DNA of 64,000 bases, from NCBI GenBank assembly GCA_001003475.1, contig LCPF01000001.1:328549-392548 (forward strand), in the 5' to 3' direction. Positions 57,085 through 64,000 of the stretch are shown here, in pieces. The DNA is from Candidatus Jorgensenbacteria bacterium GW2011_GWA1_48_11 (lineage in GTDB: Bacteria > Patescibacteriota > Minisyncoccia > UBA6257 > GWB1-50-10). A program made the translations under genes and the position numbers. The notes beneath the pieces are model-generated. The model searched no databases, had not been told where the DNA came from, and saw nothing but the letters and a program-made list of their open reading frames with translations. How positions within the stretch are numbered: position 1 is the stretch's first letter; each line of letters opens with the position of its first letter.

Positions 57085-59601
57085 ATGCAAGATAAAATCA
57101 TTATAAAAGGAGCAAGAGAACATAACCTGAAAAATATAAATCTCGAGATCCCGCGCGATAAGATGGTGATTTTTACGGGTCTTTCCGGTTCGGGCAAGTC
57201 TTCTTTGGCCTTCGACACGATTTTTGCCGAAGGCCAGCGCCGCTATATCGAGTCGCTCTCGGCTTATGCCCGGCAGTTTTTGGGCCGGCTCGACAAGCCG
57301 GACGTGGATGAGATTGACGGCTTATCGCCCGCGATCTCGATTGACCAAAAAAGCCATTCTTCGAACCCGCGCTCGACCGTGGCGACGATCACGGAAATCT
57401 ACGATTATCTGCGGGTGCTTTTTGCCCGGGCCGGCAAGCCGCATTGCCCGATTTGCGGTCTCGAGATTAAAAAAATGACGAATGAGGAGATAGTGGACGT
57501 CGCCACCGAGGTGTACAAAGAAAATGTTTCCCGGAAAAACATGGTGGTTTTGGCGCCGGTCGTGCGCGGCCGCAAAGGCGAGTATTACCAGATGCTTTAC
57601 GATTTTTTGGGCGCCGGGTTTTCCGAAGTGCGGGTGGACGGCATTTTCATGTCGTTGCGCGACCGAATCGAGCTCAGCCGTTACAAGATCCACAGCATTG
57701 ATTTGGTCGTGGATCGGTTGCCGGCCGGACTTGATTTCGGGACCAAGGAAAACCGTTTGCGTTTGGCCGAAGCCGTGGAGACGGGGTTGAAATATGGCCA
57801 CGACGTCGTGACCCTGATTACCGACAAAGAAACCTCCCTTTCGGCCAAATTCACCTGCCCCCACGACGGTTTTTCTTTTCCGGAGATCGAGCCGCGGCTT
57901 TTCTCTTTCAATAGTCCCTACGGGGCGTGCCCGGCCTGCAACGGCTTGGGTACGGAAACCGTCTGGTCGGAAAAGATCTGCCCGGTTTGTTTGGGAAAAA
58001 GATTGCGGCCTGAAGCCCTGAACGTCCTCATTAATAAGAAGAACATCGCGGCGACCACGGCTTTTTCCATCGCCGAGGCTTATGATTTTTTCAACAAGCT
58101 GGAATTGACCGGCAAAAACACTTTTAAGGAGATTTCGGAAGTGCCTTTGCGCGAGATTAAGAACCGTTTGAAATTCATGATCGACGTCGGTTTGGATTAT
58201 TTGACCCTGGCCCGCAAGGCCGGCACCCTTTCGGGCGGCGAAGCCCAGCGTATCAGGCTGGCTTCCCAGATCGGTTCGCGCTTGACCGGCACCCTATATA
58301 TCCTGGACGAACCGACGATCGGTCTCCACCAGCGGGATAACGCCAAATTGATCCGGACGCTTCATGATTTGCGCGATTTGGGCAATACCGTGATTGTCGT
58401 GGAGCATGACGAGGAGACCATCTGTTCCGGCGATTATCTGGTGGACATCGGCCCGGCGGCCGGGGTCCACGGCGGAAAAATCGTGGCGTACGGCAAAATG
58501 CCGGAGATTATAAAAGACAAAAACCAAAATTCGCTTACCCTGGAATACCTCCGTGGCAAGCGTTTTATTGAAGTGCCGTCACGTAGGCGGAAAGTGACGA
58601 AAGACCACGATTTTTTGAAGATCAAGGGCGCCGCCGAAAATAATCTTCAGAACATCGACGTCAACGTTCCTTTGCGGCGGTTCACGGCCGTGACCGGCGT
58701 TTCCGGCTCGGGCAAAAGCACTTTGGTTTACGACGTGCTCTATAAGACTTTGGCCAATAAATTCAACGGCGCGGCTTACAAGGCCGGTGTTCATAAAACC
58801 ATGACCGGTCTCGAATACGTCAATCGGGTGGTGAATATTGACCAGTCTCCGATCGGCCGCACGCCCCGTTCCAATCCAGCGACCTATGTCGGCGCCTGGA
58901 CCTTCATTCGGGATCTGTTTGCTTCGACTGAAGACGCCCGCGTCCGCGGCTATAAGCCCGGCCGGTTCAGTTTCAACGTCAAGGGCGGCCGCTGCGAAAA
59001 CTGCGAAGGCCACGGCTTGATTGCGATCGAGATGCATTTCCTGCCCACGGTTTACGTGGTTTGCGACATTTGCAAAGGCAAGCGTTTCGACCGGGAAACC
59101 TTGGCCGTGGAATACAAAGGCAAAAATATTTATGACGTGCTTCAAATGACGGTTGAGGAAGCGGTTAGTTTTTTCGAGGACATTCCCTGGCTGCATGACC
59201 GGCTGCGGGTTTTGAACGAAGTGGGCTTGGGCTATCTGGAACTCGGCCAGTCGGCCACGACCCTCTCCGGCGGCGAAGCCCAGCGTATTAAGCTTACGGC
59301 CGAGCTCGGCAAGCGCGACACCCGAAAAACGATCTATCTTTTGGATGAACCGACGACGGGCCTTCATTTCGCCGACGTGGACAATTTATTGAACGTTTTG
59401 AACCGGCTCGTGGAGCGGGGGAATACAATTGTCGTGATCGAGCATAATTTGGACGTGATCAAAACCGCGGATTGGGTGATCGATCTGGGGCCCGAGGGCG
59501 GGGACAAGGGTGGCCGGATCGTGGCCCAAGGTACGCCCGAGGACATTTCCAAAAAAAACGGCAGCTTTACGGCCGAATATTTGAGGAAAGTTCTAAAATA
59601 A
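57085..59601 (+). CDS. uvrA: Excinuclease ABC subunit A (838 aa; the insertion domain between the zinc-finger pairs appears to be absent)
   Basis: Two ABC modules ([24 protein letters not shown]), zinc fingers and the UvrB-binding region are present. The protein is about 100 aa shorter than typical UvrA. Confidence 0.9.
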   Translation: MQDKIIIKGAREHNLKNINLEIPRDKMVIFTGLSGSGKSSLAFDTIFAEGQRRYIESLSAYARQFLGRLDKPDVDEIDGLSPAISIDQKSHSSNPRSTVATITEIYDYLRVLFARAGKPHCPICGLEIKKMTNEEIVDVATEVYKENVSRKNMVVLAPVVRGRKGEYYQMLYDFLGAGFSEVRVDGIFMSLRDRIELSRYKIHSIDLVVDRLPAGLDFGTKENRLRLAEAVETGLKYGHDVVTLITDKETSLSAKFTCPHDGFSFPEIEPRLFSFNSPYGACPACNGLGTETVWSEKICPVCLGKRLRPEALNVLINKKNIAATTAFSIAEAYDFFNKLELTGKNTFKEISEVPLREIKNRLKFMIDVGLDYLTLARKAGTLSGGEAQRIRLASQIGSRLTGTLYILDEPTIGLHQRDNAKLIRTLHDLRDLGNTVIVVEHDEETICSGDYLVDIGPAAGVHGGKIVAYGKMPEIIKDKNQNSLTLEYLRGKRFIEVPSRRRKVTKDHDFLKIKGAAENNLQNIDVNVPLRRFTAVTGVSGSGKSTLVYDVLYKTLANKFNGAAYKAGVHKTMTGLEYVNRVVNIDQSPIGRTPRSNPATYVGAWTFIRDLFASTEDARVRGYKPGRFSFNVKGGRCENCEGHGLIAIEMHFLPTVYVVCDICKGKRFDRETLAVEYKGKNIYDVLQMTVEEAVSFFEDIPWLHDRLRVLNEVGLGYLELGQSATTLSGGEAQRIKLTAELGKRDTRKTIYLLDEPTTGLHFADVDNLLNVLNRLVERGNTIVVIEHNLDVIKTADWVIDLGPEGGDKGGRIVAQGTPEDISKKNGSFTAEYLRKVLK

Positions 59602-59738
59602 TCCCTCACCCTTCAAAGATAAGAAGCTTAATCGATAAACCGATTTATGAACTCATTAGAAAACAATATTAGTCTAAAAAGGTCTTTATTGATCAAAGAT
59701 TACTTCCTTAGAAGTGTAATCTTTGAAGGGTGAGGGAT
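59601..59738. repeat. 138-bp MITE-like element with perfect 20-bp terminal inverted repeats, lying exactly between the uvrA stop and the uvrC ATG
   Basis: ATCCCTCACCCTTCAAAGAT at 59601-59620 is the reverse complement of 59719-59738. The right terminus supplies GAAGGGTGAGGG and then the ATG of uvrC. Confidence 0.55.
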
Positions 59739-61098
59739 GGAAAAGCTTTATAAAAATTTGCCTGAGACGCCCGGCGTTTATCTGATGAAAGACGCCGCCG
59801 GCCGGATTTTATACGTCGGCAAGGCCGTCAATCTGCGGCGGCGGGTGGCGAGTTATTTCACGTTTACCCGCCGAAGCGAAGGCGAAGGAGGGCGGTCCCC
59901 CGCCGTCGCTTACGCTTTGGCGGGCAAGCATGATTTGCGCTTGGAAAAATTGGTCCGGGAGATAAAAAAAATAGATCTTAAGAAAACCGATACGGCTTTG
60001 GAAGCATTGATTCTGGAGTCGGCGCTCATAAAAAAACACCAGCCGCCCTGGAATATCCGGGAAAAGGACGATACGAGTTTCCTCTATGTCGGCATCACTG
60101 ATGATTATTTCCCGAGAGTAATTTTGGTACGAGGTAAGGTTATAAAAGGGAAGGCGCTTGCCCCGTCACTAACCGAGCGCTACCAAAATCGCTTCGCGCG
60201 GAAGCGCGAAGAGCGCGGTGCTCGGTTTAGTGCGGGGTTCGGGCCGTATACTTCAGCTTCGGATATCCGGGAGGCCCTAAGGATCATCCGCCGGATTTTT
60301 CCCTTTAGTACTCATTCGGCCGAAGCCATCGGTAAATTTAAAAGACCTTGCTTTGACTATCAGTTGGGTTTGTGCCCGGGTACTTGTATCGGCATCATTG
60401 ACCGTGGGGATTATCTCAAGAACATCAAAAACATAATTTTGCTTTTCCAGGGTAAAAAAAAGGAAATTTTGAAAAATCTTCAGTCGGCCATGAAATCGGC
60501 TAGCAAAAAGCTGGAATTCGAAAAAGCCGGGAAAATCCGCCGTCAGATCTTCGCCTTGCAGCATATTCAGGATACTGCGCTCATCACGGATGGGCGAATT
60601 CAAAATTTAAAATTTAAAATTCAAAATTCCTTCCGGATTGAAGGGTATGACATATCGAATATTTCGGGGCTCTCGGCCGTGGGGAGCATGGTGGTTTTTT
60701 CCGCCCAAGGCGGACCAGCCTCGGGCAGGATATTAAAGCCGGACAAAAACCAATATCGGAAATTCAAAATCGGCACGGTTTTTGGCTCTAATGACACGGC
60801 TATGCTTGCGGAAATGCTGGGTCGCCGGTTGAACCACCGCGAATGGCCCTTGCCGGATCTGTTCCTGATCGACGGCGGCAAGCCCCAAGTGAACGCCGTT
60901 CGCTCGGTTTTGGACGAATTTGGATTGCAACTGCCCGTCGTGGGCATTGCGAAGGGCGCAAAGAGGAAGAAAAACGAATTTATCGGTCCGGTGCCGAAAG
61001 AAATCGGTGAAAAAACCCTGATTCAGGTTCGGGATGAAGCTCATCGTTTCGCCGTGAGTTATCACAAAAAATTAAGAAGTTATAGCTCTCTGTTATAA
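59737..61098 (+). CDS. uvrC: Excinuclease ABC subunit C, short form (453 aa: GIY-YIG, UVR and RNase H-like endonuclease domains, no C-terminal (HhH)2), with an in-frame palindromic-element insertion
   Basis: GIY-YIG motif (GVYLMKD...YVGKA), UVR motif (FEKAGKIRRQIFALQ), endonuclease motifs (IEGYDISN, LIDGGK). Confidence 0.8.
   Translation: MEKLYKNLPETPGVYLMKDAAGRILYVGKAVNLRRRVASYFTFTRRSEGEGGRSPAVAYALAGKHDLRLEKLVREIKKIDLKKTDTALEALILESALIKKHQPPWNIREKDDTSFLYVGITDDYFPRVILVRGKVIKGKALAPSLTERYQNRFARKREERGARFSAGFGPYTSASDIREALRIIRRIFPFSTHSAEAIGKFKRPCFDYQLGLCPGTCIGIIDRGDYLKNIKNIILLFQGKKKEILKNLQSAMKSASKKLEFEKAGKIRRQIFALQHIQDTALITDGRIQNLKFKIQNSFRIEGYDISNISGLSAVGSMVVFSAQGGPASGRILKPDKNQYRKFKIGTVFGSNDTAMLAEMLGRRLNHREWPLPDLFLIDGGKPQVNAVRSVLDEFGLQLPVVGIAKGAKRKKNEFIGPVPKEIGEKTLIQVRDEAHRFAVSYHKKLRSYSSLL
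60161..60237. repeat. GC-clamped palindromic element, copy 3, inserted in-frame within uvrC
   Basis: CCCCGTCACTAACCGAGCG...CGCTCGGTTTAGTGCGGGG. It is translated as APSLTERYQNRFARKREERGARFSAGF with no stop. Confidence 0.55.
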
Positions 61099-61105
61099 TT
61101 AGGAA

Positions 61106-62743
61106 ATGCTTGCAGGCGAAATTAAGAAGTTTTTCAGCGGCGACGTTTCAAACGACGAGAAAACCCTAAATCTTTACAGCGAGGACTATTCAATTTTTAA
61201 GGTCAGGCCCGAGGTCGTGGTTTTTCCCAAAAACGCCGAAGATTTGAAAAAACTTGTCAAATTCGCCGCAGAGAAAGCCAAAACCGGAGAAAAAGTATCC
61301 CTGACCGGCCGGGCGGCCGGCACGGACATGAGCGGCGGTCCTTTGAACGATTCGATCATCGTTTCTTTCACCAAATATTTCAACCATATCAGGGAAATCG
61401 GCAAGGATTACGCCGTGGTCGAGCCGGGCGTTTATTTTCGGGATTTTGAAAAAGAACTCGCGAAGCGGGAGTTGCTCTACCCGCCTTATCCGGCCTCGAA
61501 AGACTTGTGCGCTTTAGGCGGCATGATCAATAATAATTCCGGCGGCGAAAAAACCCTCTTCTACGGCAAAACCGAAGATTATGTGGAGGGTATTGATATT
61601 GTTTTGGCCGACGGCGAAGAGCATCGTTTCGAGCCTCTCGAAGGCGAAGAACTACGGGCCAAGCTCAGGAAAAAAAGTTTTGAAGGCGACATTTACCGCC
61701 AACTTTACAAGCTCATCGAAGACAATTACGAAATGATCCAAAAGGCCAAGCCGGGGGTTTCCAAGAACTCGGCTGGCTATTATTTATGGAACGTTTGGGA
61801 CAGGAAAACCTTTGATATCACGAAGTTGCTCGTGGGCTCCCAGGGTACGCTGGGGCTTTTAACCGCGGCCCGTCTGAAGCTTGTGCCGGCAAAGAGATAT
61901 TCGAGGCTCGTCGTGGTTTTTAGCAAAAGCCTTGCGCCAATTCCAGATTTGGTCAGGGATTTGCTAAAAATGGATCCGGAAAGCATCGAATCTTATGACG
62001 ATAAGACTTTCGGTTTGGCACTGAGATTTTTCCCGGCCATGTTGAAGCTGATGAAAGGAGATGTTTTTAAATTGGCTTTCAGGTTCCTGCCGGAGCTTTG
62101 GATGTTCATCCGCGGCGGCAATCCCAAGATGGTGCTTTTAATATCGCTCACGGCGGACAACGAAAAGGATTTGGAGGAAAAAGCCGCCGCCGCCACAGTC
62201 GTCGCCAAAAAATACCCGGTTCTGGCGCGGAACGTTAAAAACGATGCCGAAGCCCAGGAATATTGGACGATCCGGCGGCAGAGTTTCAACCTTCTCCACA
62301 GTCACGTCAAGGGCCTTTACGCCGCGGCTTTCATAGACGACATTATCGTGGACCCGAAATACATGCCCGAGTTTTTGCCGCAAGTGAACGCGATTCTGGA
62401 TAAATACAAAAAACAGCTGATTTACACCATTGCCGGCCATCCGGGCAACGGCAATTTCCACATCATCCCGCTCGTGAAGCTCAGCGATCCGGAGACGAGA
62501 AGGATTATTCCGATCGTGACCGAAGAGATCTACCAATTGGTTTTCAAATATCACGGCTCGATTACGGCTGAACACAACGACGGCCTGATTCGGACGCCTT
62601 ATTTGGCGGAAATGTACGGCGATAAGATCGTCGCTTTATTCGAAAAGGTCAAGAATATTTTCGATCCCCTGAATATCATGAATCCCGGAAAAAAGGTTTT
62701 TGCCGGCCTGAATTATTCCCTGGATCACATCAAAAACGCCTGA
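61106..62743 (+). CDS. FAD-linked oxidase (PCMH-type FAD-binding; GlcD/D-lactate dehydrogenase-like)
   Basis: N-terminal FAD-binding domain (GRAAGTDMSGG) and a C-terminal oxidase domain. 545 aa. Confidence 0.8.
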   Translation: MLAGEIKKFFSGDVSNDEKTLNLYSEDYSIFKVRPEVVVFPKNAEDLKKLVKFAAEKAKTGEKVSLTGRAAGTDMSGGPLNDSIIVSFTKYFNHIREIGKDYAVVEPGVYFRDFEKELAKRELLYPPYPASKDLCALGGMINNNSGGEKTLFYGKTEDYVEGIDIVLADGEEHRFEPLEGEELRAKLRKKSFEGDIYRQLYKLIEDNYEMIQKAKPGVSKNSAGYYLWNVWDRKTFDITKLLVGSQGTLGLLTAARLKLVPAKRYSRLVVVFSKSLAPIPDLVRDLLKMDPESIESYDDKTFGLALRFFPAMLKLMKGDVFKLAFRFLPELWMFIRGGNPKMVLLISLTADNEKDLEEKAAAATVVAKKYPVLARNVKNDAEAQEYWTIRRQSFNLLHSHVKGLYAAAFIDDIIVDPKYMPEFLPQVNAILDKYKKQLIYTIAGHPGNGNFHIIPLVKLSDPETRRIIPIVTEEIYQLVFKYHGSITAEHNDGLIRTPYLAEMYGDKIVALFEKVKNIFDPLNIMNPGKKVFAGLNYSLDHIKNA

Positions 62744-62745
62744 AC

Positions 62746-63681
62746 ATGACGGATTTTATTTTACTCATTTTATCGTTGTTCATCGTCGTGAAGAGCGCCC
62801 AGTTTGCCGTCCGTTACTCCTCGCGGATTGGAAGGAGTTTTCAAATCACCGAATACATCATTGGTTTTCTGGTCGTGGCCGTCATCTCCATACTGCCGGA
62901 AGCGTTCATTTCGATCATCTCCGCCCTCAAGGGCGTTCCCGAATTCGGGTTGAGCGTTCTCTTCGGTTCCAACGTGGCTGATTTGGCTTTGGTTTTCGCC
63001 ATCGTCGTTTTAGCTTCGCGACATAAAGGACTGCGGGTGCAAAGCAGCGTTTTGAAGGAAAGTAGCTTTTTTCTTTATCTTCTGGCGTTGCCGATCGCGT
63101 TGGGACTGAACGGCTATTATTCGCGTCTCGACGGGTTTATTTTGGTGTCGGCCGGCATCTTTTTCTACCTTCGGCTTTTGAGAAATGATCACAAGTTTCT
63201 AGCTGGCAATCGCGGCTTGAGGCCGCCGCAAAATTTTTCGAACTTTGTTTTTCTATTGATCAGTTTGGGAGTGATGCTTTTTGGCGCCTATCTCACCGTT
63301 CGCTTCGGCAACTCGTTAGCCCGCGTTATCGCCATTAATCCGGCTTTCATCGGCTTGCTTTTTGTCGGGTTAAGCACGACCATGCCCGAACTTTTCTTTT
63401 CGCTCCGGGCATCCCGCGTGCGGCACGACGAACTGGCCTTGGGCGACATTTTGGGAACGGTTATCAGCGACGCCGTCATCGTGGTGGGCGTGATGGCGTT
63501 GATCCATCCTTTCGACTTTAACCCGCGCATCGTCTACGTCACCGGCATTTTCATGCTTTTGGCCGGTTTGATTCTGTTCCGTTTCATGAAAACCGGCCGC
63601 TTGATCACGAAAAGAGAAGGCGTGGCATTGCTCGCTTTTTATTTGATTTTCATAATCGTTGAATATATTTTCAACCATTAA
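62746..63681 (+). CDS. CaCA-family cation/Ca2+ antiporter (YrbG-like)
   Basis: Two alpha-repeat motifs (ISILPEAF, LSTTMPELFFSL). About 10 TM helices. Confidence 0.7.
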   Translation: MTDFILLILSLFIVVKSAQFAVRYSSRIGRSFQITEYIIGFLVVAVISILPEAFISIISALKGVPEFGLSVLFGSNVADLALVFAIVVLASRHKGLRVQSSVLKESSFFLYLLALPIALGLNGYYSRLDGFILVSAGIFFYLRLLRNDHKFLAGNRGLRPPQNFSNFVFLLISLGVMLFGAYLTVRFGNSLARVIAINPAFIGLLFVGLSTTMPELFFSLRASRVRHDELALGDILGTVISDAVIVVGVMALIHPFDFNPRIVYVTGIFMLLAGLILFRFMKTGRLITKREGVALLAFYLIFIIVEYIFNH

Positions 63682-63704
63682 CCATTCTCTGCTGTTTGGC
63701 CGTT

Positions 63705-64000
63705 ATGTTTCAGGTAATAAAATCCGCCGATGATTCAAGGGCTCGTTTGGGTTTGTTAAAGATTGGACACGGCGTTGTGGAAACGCCGGCTTACGTGGTT
63801 GTCGGCACCCACGCCGCCGTGCGGACTTTGGCGCCGGCGGATCTGGTCGCCACGAAGATCCAGGTCGTTATCGCGAACACCTATCATCTTTGGCGGACAT
63901 TGGGAGATGAGCTCGATCGTTTCGAGGGCTTGCATAAGAAAATGGATTGGCCGGGACCGATCATGACCGACAGCGGCGGGTTTCAAGTTTTTAGTTTGGG
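63705..64000 (+). CDS. tgt: Queuine tRNA-ribosyltransferase, N-terminal part (3' end lies outside the window)
   Basis: ETPAYVVVGTHAAVRTLAP...NTYHL...GLHKKMDWPGPIMTDSGGFQVFSL. Confidence 0.85.
   Translation, partial: MFQVIKSADDSRARLGLLKIGHGVVETPAYVVVGTHAAVRTLAPADLVATKIQVVIANTYHLWRTLGDELDRFEGLHKKMDWPGPIMTDSGGFQVFSL

Overview
This is a 64 kb bacterial chromosomal window at roughly 50% GC, with sharply AT-rich islands (15.56-21.8 kb, 25.0-30.4 kb) and GC-rich patches (4.74-5.2, 12.7-14.3, 22.85-24.5, 36.65-38.0, 55.06-56.7 kb). Gene content and style (weak or absent SD sequences, a group-I-intron tRNA, many small membrane proteins, several small repeat families) fit a small-genome, possibly CPR/Patescibacteria-like bacterium, but the sequence alone cannot settle taxonomy.

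Housekeeping genes: ftsZ (3' part), class II RNR nrdJ, tRNA-Lys, an intron-containing tRNA-Asn, msrB, glycerate kinase, PEP synthase, HIT protein, dinB, transaldolase-like, enolase, 2-hydroxyacid dehydrogenase, a tRNA-binding protein, uvrB/uvrA/uvrC, an FAD oxidase, a CaCA antiporter and tgt (5' part).

Accessory content:
- An AT-rich defence island carrying an MmeI-like Type IIG RM enzyme, a beta-class DNA methyltransferase, a DGQHR-domain protein and a Doc/HTH toxin-antitoxin pair with a 30-bp palindromic operator.
- An AT-rich enzyme cluster with a glycosyltransferase.
- A thiol-redox/copper locus (DUF1573, CcdA, thioredoxin-like, CsoR with operator, a Cu P-type ATPase, DoxX) followed by MacAB-like efflux.
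- A GC-rich ParB-like cassette.

The most unusual region is the uvrB-uvrA-uvrC locus.
- A family of GC-clamped palindromic elements is present in four copies, one of them in-frame inside uvrC.
- Displaced duplicate fragments of the uvrB 3' end and the uvrA 5' end flank a 1.9 kb GC-rich two-gene segment bounded by inverted copies of that element.
- A 138-bp element with perfect 20-bp terminal inverted repeats sits exactly between the uvrA stop and the uvrC start.
- A different ~110-nt conserved intergenic element occurs twice, 42 kb apart, each time ending precisely at the ATG of a small membrane-protein gene.

No rRNA or CRISPR array was found.
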